Shown here one piece after another: positions 48,851-58,345 of a stretch of DNA of 64,000 nt (within the stretch, counting starts at the first letter, position 1; the number at the start of each line of letters is the position of its first letter). Under the pieces are notes generated by a model. The model saw only the letters and a list, made by a program, of their open reading frames with translations, had not been told where the DNA came from and ran no database searches. Source of the stretch: Paracoccaceae bacterium (GTDB lineage: Bacteria > Pseudomonadota > Alphaproteobacteria > Rhodobacterales > Rhodobacteraceae); NCBI GenBank assembly GCA_030697175.1, contig JAUYQR010000012.1, positions 59,591-123,590 of the forward strand. The letters run 5' to 3'. Both the position numbers and the translations under genes were made by a program.

Positions 48851-49879
48851 TCAGCGCGGCACTGGCGTGAAGTCGAACCGCATGACGTGCCGATAGGTCT
48901 CGCCCGGTGCCAGACGGGCCGAGGGGAACTGCGGGTTGTTCGGCGAATCGGGGAAGCGCTGGGTTTCAGCCGCAAAGCCGGCAAACCGCGCGTAGCGCTG
49001 GCCAGCCTTGCCGGGTGTGTCGGCAAAATGCGCGCCGGTATAAAGCTGCACGCCGGGTTCGGTGGTCGCCAGCGTGAAGCCCCTGCCCGACACCGGATCG
49101 ACCGCCCGCAGGCAGGGCCGCAGGCCGTCAGCCGCCACCGGGGACGACAGGCAGAGGTTGTGATCAAACCCGTCCGCGCCTGGCACCAGCGCACCGATCG
49201 GGCGCAGGCTGCGAAACTCGAACGCGGTGCCGGCGACCGAGCGCACTTCGCCGGTCGGGATCAGGCGATCATCGACCGGCAGGTAGAACCCGGCATCGAC
49301 GGACAAAAGCTGCCCCATCACATCGCCAGAGCCTTGCCCGGCAAGGTTGAAATAGGCGTGGTTGACCATGTTGACCACGGTGGTCGCGTCTGTCGCGGCG
49401 GTCATTTCGATCATCAGGCCAGCGCCGTCGATGCGGTAGGTGGTGCGCATCGTGACCGCGCCGGGATAGCCCATCTCGCCATCGGGCGATGCGGCGGCGA
49501 AGGTGACATGCTGCGCTGACCGGCTGTCGATGGACCAGATCTTGCGATCAAACCCTTCGCGCCCGCCATGCAAATGCTGGCTGCCCTCGTTCTGATCGAC
49601 CTGAACCTGACGGCCATCCAGCGCGAACCGCCCACCCGCAATCCGGTTGGAGTAGCGCCCGCAGGTGGCACCCAGATATCCGCCCTGGGTGCGCCAGTGC
49701 TGCAACGTGTCATGGCCCAGCACGATGTCGGCGAGGGTGCCGTCGCGGTCGGGCACCCAAAGCTCGGCAAGTCGCGCGCCATAGGTCAGCAGCATGACGC
49801 GCAGGCCACCGGCGCCAGACAGGGTCACGGCTTCGACATCGCGGCCGTCGATCTGCCCGATGATCGTGAGATCAGCCAT
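48851..49879 (-). CDS. galM: Aldose 1-epimerase (mutarotase)
   Basis: 342 aa with the GalM pattern (GR.ANRI, HLHGG, NHAYFNL, ETQ.FPDS). Confidence 0.85.
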   Translation of the reverse strand: MADLTIIGQIDGRDVEAVTLSGAGGLRVMLLTYGARLAELWVPDRDGTLADIVLGHDTLQHWRTQGGYLGATCGRYSNRIAGGRFALDGRQVQVDQNEGSQHLHGGREGFDRKIWSIDSRSAQHVTFAAASPDGEMGYPGAVTMRTTYRIDGAGLMIEMTAATDATTVVNMVNHAYFNLAGQGSGDVMGQLLSVDAGFYLPVDDRLIPTGEVRSVAGTAFEFRSLRPIGALVPGADGFDHNLCLSSPVAADGLRPCLRAVDPVSGRGFTLATTEPGVQLYTGAHFADTPGKAGQRYARFAGFAAETQRFPDSPNNPQFPSARLAPGETYRHVMRFDFTPVPR

Positions 49880-49900
49880 CTGCGGCCCCTTTTCGCGCCA

Positions 49901-50066
49901 CTCTGCCCAGTCTTACGCTTCAGCCCAGTCCTACGCCTCAGCCCAGTCTTACGCTTCTGCCCAGTCTTTCGCTTCAGCCCAGTCCTACGCCTCAGCCCAG
50001 TCTTACGCTTCAGCCCAGTCTTACGCTTCAGCCCAGTCTTACGCCTCAACCCAGTCCTGCGGCAGC
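49901..50066 (-). repeat. 18-bp tandem repeat, 8 full units plus a partial. Each unit is five codons plus a stop, in frame with and derived from the 3' end of the upstream dehydrogenase gene
   Basis: Minus strand reads GACTGGGTTGAGGCGTAA (native DWVEA-stop) followed by 7 further units: GACTGGGCTGAAGCGTAA three times, GACTGGGCTGAGGCGTAG twice, and one each ending GCGAAA (no stop) and with GCA for GCT. Then a partial unit. Confidence 0.95.
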
Positions 50067-51550
50067 AGGGCCGCCGGCATGTTCTGATAGGCCACCGGTC
50101 GCAACCAGCGGCGGATCGACAGGGTTCCCACCGAGGTGGCGCCGAAGTTGGTCGAGGCCGGGTAAGGGCCGCCATGCACCTGCGCATCGACCACCTCGAC
50201 CCCGGTCGGAAAACCGTTGGCCAGAACCCGGCCTGCCTTGCGCTCCAGGATCGGCAGCAATGCGCGGCCAAGGTCAAGATCGGCATCATCAAGATGCAGC
50301 GTGCAGGTCAACTGGCCTTGCAGGCTGCGCGCGATGTCCTGCATTTCCGCCGCGTGACGCACGCGAATGATCAGGCCAAGCGGGCCGAACACCTCTTCGG
50401 CAAGGGTGTGGTCGGCCAGCCAGTCCGACCCCGCCACTTCAAACAGATAGGGCGTGGCGTTGCGCCGGTCGCAGGTCGTGGTCAGCAGGGCACGCACGCC
50501 GTGGCCGGCGGCAACCCGGTCGCGCCCGGCTCGGAAGGCCTCGGCAATCCCGTCGGTCAGCATGGTCTGCGCGGCAACAGCCGCGACCGCCGTCTTGGCG
50601 GTATCCACAAACGCATCCGCCTCGGGGCCGTCGATCACCACGGCAATGCCGGGATTGGTGCAGAACTGCCCCGCGCCAAGCGTCAGCGAGGCGGCCCAGC
50701 CCTTGGCAATCGCGTCGCCCCGTGCGGCCACGGCGGCGGGCAACAGGAACATCGGGTTCACCGACCCCAGCTCACCAAAGAACGGGATCGGTTCCGGCCG
50801 TGCGGCGCACAGGTTGAACAGCGCGCGCCCCCCGGCAAGCGAGCCGGTGAAGCCCACCGCCTTGATCAGCGGATGCTGCACCAAGGCCTCGCCCACGTCG
50901 CGCTTGCCGCCCTGTACCAGACTGAACGTGCCCGCAGGCATCCCGCAGGCCTTGATCGCCGCGTCAATCGCCTGCGCCACGATCTCGCCGGTGCCGGGGT
51001 GGGCGGAGTGGCCCTTGACCACCACCGGGCACCCGGCCGCCAGCGCCGAGGCCGTGTCGCCCCCGGCGACCGAAAACGCGAGCGGAAAGTTCGACGCGCC
51101 GAACACCGCGACCGGGCCGACGGGCCGCTGGATCAGCTTCAGGTCCGGGCGTGGCGCGGGCTGCCGGTCAGGCAGCGCCGCGTCATGCCGCCGGTCCAGC
51201 CAGCCGTCCTTCAGGATATGCGCGGCGAACAGGCGCAACTGGCTCGTCGTGCGCCCCCGCTCGCCTTCCAGCCGTGCCGCAGGCAAGCCGGTTTCCTGGG
51301 TGCCGATCTCGGTGATCTCGGCGCCGCGCGCGTCGATCTCGTCCGCGATGCGGGTCAGGAACGCTGCCCGCTCGGCCCGCGAGGTGGCCGCATAGGCCGG
51401 AAACGCCGCCTCTGCCGCCTCGCACGCGGCGGCGACATGCGCTGGCGTGCCAACCGAAAAGTCATGCGACGGCCCATGCGCGGGCGACGAGGCGAAGGTC
51501 TGGGCATTGCCTACCCATTCGCCCGCGATCAGGTGTTTTCCGGTCAGCAT
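50039..51550 (-). CDS. Aldehyde dehydrogenase (2,5-dioxovalerate / alpha-ketoglutarate semialdehyde dehydrogenase-like)
   Basis: Start trimmed to MLTGKHLIAGEWV. Blocks FGASNFPLAFS..GGDTASALAAGCPVVVKGH and FTGS..GG are typical of KGSADH-type ALDHs. Sits adjacent to gguC. Confidence 0.8.
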   Translation of the reverse strand: MLTGKHLIAGEWVGNAQTFASSPAHGPSHDFSVGTPAHVAAACEAAEAAFPAYAATSRAERAAFLTRIADEIDARGAEITEIGTQETGLPAARLEGERGRTTSQLRLFAAHILKDGWLDRRHDAALPDRQPAPRPDLKLIQRPVGPVAVFGASNFPLAFSVAGGDTASALAAGCPVVVKGHSAHPGTGEIVAQAIDAAIKACGMPAGTFSLVQGGKRDVGEALVQHPLIKAVGFTGSLAGGRALFNLCAARPEPIPFFGELGSVNPMFLLPAAVAARGDAIAKGWAASLTLGAGQFCTNPGIAVVIDGPEADAFVDTAKTAVAAVAAQTMLTDGIAEAFRAGRDRVAAGHGVRALLTTTCDRRNATPYLFEVAGSDWLADHTLAEEVFGPLGLIIRVRHAAEMQDIARSLQGQLTCTLHLDDADLDLGRALLPILERKAGRVLANGFPTGVEVVDAQVHGGPYPASTNFGATSVGTLSIRRWLRPVAYQNMPAALLPQDWVEA

Positions 51551-51570
51551 GAAGGCCTCGATTTCGGTGG

Positions 51571-52539
51571 TCAAAGTGGCAGGACGGACGTCGCGCCCTT
51601 GGTCTTGGGGGCAAACGACAGCGGGTTGCGCAGCGGTTGGCCGAAGGCGTCGGCCTCGATCTCGAACACGTCGCCGGGTTCGGTCTTGATGCCATCGGCA
51701 TAGGACAGCGTTGCGGTGCCGAAGAAATGCACGTGCAGATCGCCCGGCTGACAGAAGATGCCATACTTGAAATGGTGATGCTCCAGGTTCGCCAGCGTGT
51801 GCGACATGTTCGCCTCGCCGCTGAGGAACGGCTTTTCCCACAAGACCGCGCCACCGCGCAGGATGCGGCTGGTGCCGCGCACATCTGCGGGCAACTCGCC
51901 CACCAGAATTTCCGGCCCGTAAGAGGCGACGCGCAGCTTGGAATGGGCCAGCCAGAGGTAATTCACCCGTTCGGTGACATGGTCGGAAAACTCGTTGCCC
52001 AAGGCCCAGCCGATCCGGTAGGGCGCGCCGTTCGGGCCGATCAGGTAGACGCCCGCAACCTCCGGCTCTTCGCCGCCATCCTCGGCGCAGGCCGGGGCTT
52101 CAAGGGCAGCACCGGGGGCGACGGCGGCATGGCCGTTGCCCTTGTAGAACCATTCGGGCTGCGCCCCGACCTCGCCCCTGGCCGGACGCCCGGCCTCCAG
52201 CCCCATGCGGAACATCTTCATGCTGTCGGTCAGCGTCTCGGCCCCTTCCAGCTTGGCGTGCATCGCATCGCGGGCCGAGGCCGACCCGAGGTGCGTCAGG
52301 CCCGTGCCCGTCAGATGCAGGTGCGCCGGATCGGGGTGGCTGACCGGCAATTCGAAGGTGGCGCGGCTCAGGTCCACCGCCTCACCCAGACCGCGGCGCG
52401 CCACTTCTTCGGCCAGCCCATGCCCCGCCGCAATCGCCGCCGTTGCCAGTTCATAGACCGACGCCGTGCCTTGCACCCGCCGCGCCTCGGCCCCCGTCCG
52501 GGCCACGACGCCCGCGCCCTTGACCGTCGATAGATGCAT
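51571..52539 (-). CDS. gguC: GguC / AraD1-family FAH-fold protein (2-keto-3-deoxy-pentonate dehydratase-like)
   Basis: Start trimmed to MHLSTVKG. Occupies the position after gguB as in the Agrobacterium chvE-gguABC locus. PEWFYKGNG and NEFSDH motifs. Confidence 0.7.
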   Translation of the reverse strand: MHLSTVKGAGVVARTGAEARRVQGTASVYELATAAIAAGHGLAEEVARRGLGEAVDLSRATFELPVSHPDPAHLHLTGTGLTHLGSASARDAMHAKLEGAETLTDSMKMFRMGLEAGRPARGEVGAQPEWFYKGNGHAAVAPGAALEAPACAEDGGEEPEVAGVYLIGPNGAPYRIGWALGNEFSDHVTERVNYLWLAHSKLRVASYGPEILVGELPADVRGTSRILRGGAVLWEKPFLSGEANMSHTLANLEHHHFKYGIFCQPGDLHVHFFGTATLSYADGIKTEPGDVFEIEADAFGQPLRNPLSFAPKTKGATSVLPL

Positions 52540-52547
52540 GTCCTGCC

Positions 52548-53720
52548 TCACTTGTTCTTGTTGTAGACGTCGAAGATCACCGCAGCCAGCAGCACCAGCC
52601 CCTTGATCATCTGCTGGTAATCGATGCCGACGCCAAGGATCGACATGCCCATGTTCATCACGCCCATGATCAAGGCACCGATCACCACGCCGACGATCTT
52701 GCCCGACCCGCCCGCCATCGCCGCGCCGCCGATGAACACGGCGGCGATGGCGTCAAGCTCGAACCCGGTCCCGGCCTTTGGCGTGGCCGAATTCAGGCGC
52801 GCGGTCACCATCATGCCCGCCAGCGCGGCAAGCACGCCCATGTTCACAAAGCAGAAGAACACCAGCCGTTCGGTGCGGATGCCCGACAGCTTGGCCGCCT
52901 TTTCATTGCCGCCGGTGGCATAGATGCGCCGCCCCTGCACGGTGTTTTCGGTGAAGAAGGCGTAAAGCACGATCAGCACCGTCAGCACGATCAGCACGTT
53001 CGGCAGCCCCCGGAACGAGGCAAGCTGATAGCCCACGAACGCCGTCGCCGCCGCAATCACCGCCGTGCGGCCCCAGAAAAGGCCTGCCGGTTCCGGCGTC
53101 ACGCCAAATTCCGCATCACGCGCCCGCGCCCGCACGCCGATCCAGATCACCGCGCCAATCGCCAGCGCCGTGATGATCAGCGTCAGCCCGTGCGGCTTCA
53201 TCAGCCCGGTCGGATCGGGAATGAACCCCGACGACATCGCCTGAAACGCCTTCGGGAACGGCCCGATGTTCTGGCCGCCCAGCATCAGCATCGTGGCGCC
53301 GCGGAACACCATCATCCCCGCCAGCGTCACGATGAACGACGGGATGCGCCAGAACGCCACCCAATAGCCCTGCGCCGCCCCGATCGCGCCGCCGACGATC
53401 AGCGTCAGCACGATCACCACCGGCACCGGCAGGTCCAGATCCACCGTCAGCCACGCCGCCACAGCCCCGGTGAACGCCGCAACCGACCCCACCGACAGGT
53501 CGATATGCCCCGACACGATGATCAACAGCATCCCCAGCGCGAGGATGATGACATGCCCGTTCTGCAGGAAGATGTTGGTGATGTTCGGCGCCTGCAGGAA
53601 CATCGGCTTGCCCTGCGCCGACACCAGGATCGAAAACAGGACCACGATGGCGACCAGCGCCAGCAGCATCCCGTTTTCCCGCAGGTGTCCCCCCAGTGCG
53701 CTTTGCTTTGGTTCCGACAT
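52548..53720 (-). CDS. gguB: Multiple-monosaccharide ABC permease
   Basis: 390 aa, MSEPKQSALGGHLRENGMLLAL N-terminus, XylH/GguB-type permease. Confidence 0.85.
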   Translation of the reverse strand: MSEPKQSALGGHLRENGMLLALVAIVVLFSILVSAQGKPMFLQAPNITNIFLQNGHVIILALGMLLIIVSGHIDLSVGSVAAFTGAVAAWLTVDLDLPVPVVIVLTLIVGGAIGAAQGYWVAFWRIPSFIVTLAGMMVFRGATMLMLGGQNIGPFPKAFQAMSSGFIPDPTGLMKPHGLTLIITALAIGAVIWIGVRARARDAEFGVTPEPAGLFWGRTAVIAAATAFVGYQLASFRGLPNVLIVLTVLIVLYAFFTENTVQGRRIYATGGNEKAAKLSGIRTERLVFFCFVNMGVLAALAGMMVTARLNSATPKAGTGFELDAIAAVFIGGAAMAGGSGKIVGVVIGALIMGVMNMGMSILGVGIDYQQMIKGLVLLAAVIFDVYNKNK

Positions 53721-55250
53721 TCAGGCCACCCTCCCCACATCCTTGACGATCAGCGCCATGATCTTTTCCTGACTGGCCTCGCCCCGCGTCAGTTCCCCGA
53801 CGATCCGGCCTTCGTTCATCACGTAGATCCGGTCGCACATCCCCAGCAGCTCCGGCATTTCCGAGCTGATCATCAGGATGCCGCGGCCCTGTTCGGCCAG
53901 CTCCTTCATGATCGTGTAGATCTCGAACTTCGCGCCCACATCAATGCCGCGCGTCGGTTCATCAAGGATCAGAAGCGCCGGGTCGGTGAACAGCCACTTC
54001 GACAGCACCACCTTCTGCTGGTTGCCGCCCGACAGGTTTACCACCTTTTGCTGCACGCCGGGCGTGCGGATCGCCAGTTGCTTGCGATACCCCTCCGCCA
54101 CCTGCGCCTCGCGCCGCTTGTCCAGGATCGAGCGCGTCGCGATGCCGGCAAGGTTGGCAAGGCTGATGTTGCGCAGGATCGGTTCGTCAAGGATCAGGCC
54201 CAGCGCCTTGCGGTCCTCGGTCACGTAGGAAATCCCGGCCGCAATCGCCTTTGACACGGTCGACACGTCCACCGGCTTGCCGTGCATCCTGACGCTGCCC
54301 TGATGGCCCTTGCCGTAGCTGCGCCCGAAGATCGACATGGCAAGTTCGGTGCGCCCGGTGCCCATCAGCCCGGCGATGCCGACGATCTCGCCTTTGCGGA
54401 TCGTCATCGACACGTTCTTGATCATCTGGCGCCCGGTCTGTTCGGGGTGCCAGCACGACCAGCCGTCTACCTCGAACAACACCTCGCCGGGGTGGCTTTC
54501 CCGTTCAGGGTAGCGGTGCGCCATGTCGCGGCCCACCATGTCGCGGATGATCCGGTCTTCGGATATTTCGGCCTTGGTCAGGGTGGAGACGGCGGCACCA
54601 TCGCGGATCACGGTGATCCGGTCGGCCACGCGGGAAATCTCGTTCAGCTTGTGGCTGATCATGATCTGCGTGACGCCCTGCGCCTTCAACTCCAGCATCA
54701 GGTCCAGCAAACGGTCCGCATCCGCCTCCTGCAAGGCGGCGGTCGGTTCGTCGAGGATCAACAGCCGCACGTTCTTCGACAGCGCCTTGGCGATCTCGAT
54801 CAACTGCTGCTTGCCGACACCAAGCTTGCCGACCACCGCGCTTGGCGGCTCGTTCAGGCCCACGCGGCGCAAGAGAGCGCCCGTTTTCTGAAACGCCAGC
54901 GGCCACGAGATCACGCCTTTCGACGCCACCTCGTTGCCCATGAACAGGTTCTCGGCGATCGACAGCAAAGGGATCAGCGCAAGTTCCTGATGGATGATGA
55001 TGATGCCCTTTTCCTCGCTGTCGTGGATGCGCCGGTTGCGCAGGGGCTGGCCGTCATAGATGATTTCGCCGTCGAAGCTGCCATGCGGATATACCCCCGA
55101 CAGCACCTTCATCAGCGTCGATTTGCCGGCACCGTTTTCGCCGCAGATCGCATGGATTTCTCCGGCCTCAACCGTCAGGCTGACCCGGTCAAGCGCCTTC
55201 ACGCCCGGGAAGACCATCGAGATCTCCCGCATTTCCAGAAGTGTCGACAT
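53721..55250 (-). CDS. gguA: Multiple-monosaccharide ABC ATPase (duplicated cassette)
   Basis: 509 aa. Walker A GENGAGKST in the first cassette and the signature LSGGNQQK in the second. Abuts the gguB start. Confidence 0.88.
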   Translation of the reverse strand: MSTLLEMREISMVFPGVKALDRVSLTVEAGEIHAICGENGAGKSTLMKVLSGVYPHGSFDGEIIYDGQPLRNRRIHDSEEKGIIIIHQELALIPLLSIAENLFMGNEVASKGVISWPLAFQKTGALLRRVGLNEPPSAVVGKLGVGKQQLIEIAKALSKNVRLLILDEPTAALQEADADRLLDLMLELKAQGVTQIMISHKLNEISRVADRITVIRDGAAVSTLTKAEISEDRIIRDMVGRDMAHRYPERESHPGEVLFEVDGWSCWHPEQTGRQMIKNVSMTIRKGEIVGIAGLMGTGRTELAMSIFGRSYGKGHQGSVRMHGKPVDVSTVSKAIAAGISYVTEDRKALGLILDEPILRNISLANLAGIATRSILDKRREAQVAEGYRKQLAIRTPGVQQKVVNLSGGNQQKVVLSKWLFTDPALLILDEPTRGIDVGAKFEIYTIMKELAEQGRGILMISSEMPELLGMCDRIYVMNEGRIVGELTRGEASQEKIMALIVKDVGRVA

Positions 55251-55312
55251 CGCCCCTCCCGCAAGGAACCTGCCTGCGCGACAATGGCGCAGGCAGGCCC
55301 GTCCAGATCAGC

Positions 55313-56383
55313 TTACTTCAGCTGGTCAGCGGTATAGTAGCCCGAACCGACGAGGATTTCTTCGTAGTTCGACAGGTTCACCGACACCGGCTCCAACAGA
55401 TACGACGGCACGACCTTGACGCCGTTGTTGTAGGTTTCGGTGTCGTTGATTTCCGGCTCGCCACCGGCAAGCACGGCGTCGACCATCTTCACGGTCACCT
55501 TGGCCAGTTCGCGGGTGTCCTTGAACACGGTCGAATACTGCTCGCCCGCGATCATCGACTTTACCGACGGGATTTCAGCATCCTGCCCGGTGACGATCGG
55601 CATCTTCATGTCGCCCGAACCGTAGCCGACGCCCTTCAGCGACGACAGGATGCCGATGGAAAGCCCGTCATATGGCGACAACGCGCCATGCAACTGCTTG
55701 TCGCCGTAGTTCGACGACAGCAGGTTGTCCATCCGCGCCTGCGCCACCGCGCCATCCCAGCGCAGCGTGCCGACCACGTCCATGCCGGTCTGACCCGACG
55801 GAATGGCGATATCGCCCGCGTCGATCATCGGCTGCAGCACGCTCATCGCGCCGTCGTAGAAGAAGAACGCGTTGTTGTCGTCGGGCGAGCCGCCGAACAG
55901 TTCCACATTCCACGGCTTCACGTCGCCAAAGCGCTCCTTCAGGCCGGCAACCAGCGATTCCGCCTGCTGCACGCCGACCTTGAAATTGTCGAAGGTCGCG
56001 TAATAGTCGACCGAGCCGCTGTCACGGATCAGGCGGTCATAGGCGATGATCTTGATGCCTTGCGCGGCGGCGTTGTCCAGCGCGTTCGACAGGGTGGTGC
56101 CGTCGATGGCCGCGATCACCAGCGCCTTGACGCCCGAGGTGATCATGTTCTCGATCTGGCTCAACTGCGTCGGGATATCATCCTCGGCATATTGCAGGTC
56201 GACGGTGTAGCCAGCCTCGGTGAACGCCTTCACCATCGACTCGCCGTCCGAAATCCAGCGCGACGAGGATTTGGTCGGCATCGCGATACCGACGGCTCCC
56301 TTGTCTTGGGCGAATGCGGGCAGCGCCGACAGGGCGGCGGTCGTACCGGCAAGGGCGATAAGCCCGCGGCGGGTCAAATTCAT
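55313..56383 (-). CDS. chvE: Multiple-sugar-binding periplasmic protein ChvE
   Basis: Start trimmed to [13 protein letters not shown]. Long blocks ([91 protein letters not shown]) are nearly identical to Agrobacterium ChvE as I recall it. Confidence 0.9.
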   Translation of the reverse strand: MNLTRRGLIALAGTTAALSALPAFAQDKGAVGIAMPTKSSSRWISDGESMVKAFTEAGYTVDLQYAEDDIPTQLSQIENMITSGVKALVIAAIDGTTLSNALDNAAAQGIKIIAYDRLIRDSGSVDYYATFDNFKVGVQQAESLVAGLKERFGDVKPWNVELFGGSPDDNNAFFFYDGAMSVLQPMIDAGDIAIPSGQTGMDVVGTLRWDGAVAQARMDNLLSSNYGDKQLHGALSPYDGLSIGILSSLKGVGYGSGDMKMPIVTGQDAEIPSVKSMIAGEQYSTVFKDTRELAKVTVKMVDAVLAGGEPEINDTETYNNGVKVVPSYLLEPVSVNLSNYEEILVGSGYYTADQLK

Positions 56384-56520
56384 CTGTTTCCTCCCGATGA
56401 AATCTGGTGTTCCGCACTGAGCACACCTTGACGTCCGGTGCTCACGTACGCCGCGCAGATTGCGTCGAAGACATATATCTGTCAATTGTCGGTTACGATG
56501 CCAGACATGACGGAAGTGCC

Positions 56521-57453
56521 ATGAATACTTCGGTTCAGCCCCTTGCCTCGCTGCTGCGCCAGTTGAAGCCTGTCCAGTTGCGGCTGCTGGCCGAGCTTAA
56601 CAACAGTCAGGCGCTTGGGGTCGCGGCAGCCCGTGTCGGTGTCGCGCAGCCCGCCGCCTCGCGCCACCTGGCCGAGATGGAGGCGCTGCTTGGCCTTGCC
56701 CTGCACGAACGCCAGGGCCGCGGCCTGACCCTGACCCGCGTGGGCGAGGCGCTGGCCCGCCGCGCCGCCCGCATCCAGATCGAGCTTGCGGATGCCGCCC
56801 GCGACATTTCAGAAGCCGCCACCGGCCGTTCCGGCGTGGTGCGCGTGGGGGCGGTCACCGGCCCGGCCCTCAGCCTCGTGCTGCCCGCCCTGACCGAGTT
56901 CCAGCGGCTTTACCCGGAATTCCGCGCCGAGGTCACTGTCGCCACCTCCGTCCACCTCTGCGAACAGTTGCGCGCCGGGCAACTGGATTTCGCCCTCGCC
57001 CGCCTCAGCCCTGGCGAAACCCAGCTTGACGCCCGCCGCATCGCCGGAGAGCCGCTGTCGCTGGTGGTGCGGCGCGGTCATCCGCTTGTGGTGCTGCCGA
57101 ACATCACCCTCGCCGACCTTCTGCGCTACGAATGGGTGATGGGCGATGACGAGACGCTCTTGACCCAGACCGTCATGGCCCGGCTTGCAGACCTGCACGC
57201 GCCCGCGCCGTTACGGCGCATTTCCACCTCGTCGTTCCTGTTCACCCTGGCTCTTCTGAACCAGACCGACGCCATTGCCCCGCTGGCCACGCCCGTCGCC
57301 ACCAGCTTTTCCGGCAACCCTTCTGTGCCGTTCGTGACGCTTCCGCATGATCTTGGCATGACGGTTGCGCCGTTCAGCCTGGTGACCCGCGTTGGCGCAC
57401 GCCTGACACCGTCAGCCCAGAGGCTGGCCGATGCGATCCTTGACATGGCCTGA
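56521..57453 (+). CDS. gbpR: LysR-family regulator divergent from chvE (GbpR-like)
   Basis: Start trimmed to MNTSVQPL. Helix-turn-helix [36 protein letters not shown], in the position and orientation of Agrobacterium gbpR. Confidence 0.75.
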   Translation: MNTSVQPLASLLRQLKPVQLRLLAELNNSQALGVAAARVGVAQPAASRHLAEMEALLGLALHERQGRGLTLTRVGEALARRAARIQIELADAARDISEAATGRSGVVRVGAVTGPALSLVLPALTEFQRLYPEFRAEVTVATSVHLCEQLRAGQLDFALARLSPGETQLDARRIAGEPLSLVVRRGHPLVVLPNITLADLLRYEWVMGDDETLLTQTVMARLADLHAPAPLRRISTSSFLFTLALLNQTDAIAPLATPVATSFSGNPSVPFVTLPHDLGMTVAPFSLVTRVGARLTPSAQRLADAILDMA

Positions 57454-57679
57454 CGGCCGCCGTCAGGCCTGAAAGACCAACGCCGCCGACCAGAATGGCA
57501 CGGTCGCATGTCCCATCCGCCACCTGGCTTGCCAGCAGGTCCGACAGATCAGCGTGGAAGGCTTCGGGACCGGCCACGGTGCGGCTCAGGTCGGTCACCT
57601 TGCAGGTCGTCGCAAGATGCTCGGCCAGCAGCCCGGCCAATCCCTCACCGGCACTGTCGCCCGCAATGGCAGGTCTCAT
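57374..57679 (-). pseudogene. Truncated RpiB/LacAB-family sugar-phosphate isomerase remnant
   Basis: Residues 1-72 ([18 protein letters not shown]...[17 protein letters not shown]) follow the RpiB N-terminal half. Similarity is lost about where the frame enters the convergent gbpR 3' end (57453); the remaining 80 nt overlap gbpR. Confidence 0.45.
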
Positions 57680-57701
57680 GGGCCACCACGGCCCCTGCCA
57701 C

Positions 57702-58343
57702 CTAATCGAATGTTGAAATCAGTTCGGGCTTCGAGACCTTGCCGAAGACCTCGCGAAACTGCGGCCAGGTGGTGTCGCCAAGGATCGGCGTCAACTTCCG
57801 GTAGGCATATTCCGCGTCCTGGGCATGCCTTGGATAAGCAAGGAAAATCAGGCTGATGTCATGCTTCACCGCAACCTCGATCAGGCTGGCAAGCTTGACC
57901 CGAAGAATGGTTTCCTGCGCGTCAGAGCGTGATGTCGACCACAATCCGCCCGCGACCTCTTCGCCATCCGGCGTTCCGGTTGTGGCGAGCTGAACCTTGA
58001 TCCGGCTCTTTGCCGCGTCGGCACCGTTGCGGACGGGAACGATGATATGATCGATCCGAACGCCCCGGCTGACGATCTCGGACAGACGATCGCAAAGGTG
58101 GGGACTTTTCTGAAACCGTGGGCCGGCCACGTCAGACAGATCCCATTCAAAGCCGGCTCTTGCGATCTCGAAATAATGCGTTGTCCGGTCCGCCCCCTTG
58201 AAGCCGGTCTCAAATCCAAGCTCGGTCAGAAGCTGCATCAGAAACGATGTTCCCGTGCGTCCGGTTCCTGAAATGTAGACCTTGCCGACCTCGGGGGCCG
58301 ATCGGTCGCGCCGGCCCAGCGCTGACATGACGCGCCTGAACAT
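57702..58343 (-). CDS. Sulfotransferase-family protein
   Basis: PAPS 5'-phosphosulfate loop [13 protein letters not shown] and a 3'-phosphate motif [12 protein letters not shown]. Third gene of a tightly packed operon. Confidence 0.6.
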   Translation of the reverse strand: MFRRVMSALGRRDRSAPEVGKVYISGTGRTGTSFLMQLLTELGFETGFKGADRTTHYFEIARAGFEWDLSDVAGPRFQKSPHLCDRLSEIVSRGVRIDHIIVPVRNGADAAKSRIKVQLATTGTPDGEEVAGGLWSTSRSDAQETILRVKLASLIEVAVKHDISLIFLAYPRHAQDAEYAYRKLTPILGDTTWPQFREVFGKVSKPELISTFD

Positions 58344-58345
58344 GC

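Noticed and set aside
49901-50066. Possible CRISPR array
   Set aside because: The units are directly adjacent with no spacers. At 18 bp they are too short, they are not palindromic, and no cas genes are nearby.
49794-50292. ORFs translating the 18-bp array as (SAQSYA)n on the plus strand or (GLKRKT)n on the minus strand
   Set aside because: Both begin inside or antisense to galM or the dehydrogenase. The array is in frame with the dehydrogenase stop and each unit carries a stop in that frame, so the repeat is best explained as reiterated gene-end sequence and not a repeat protein.
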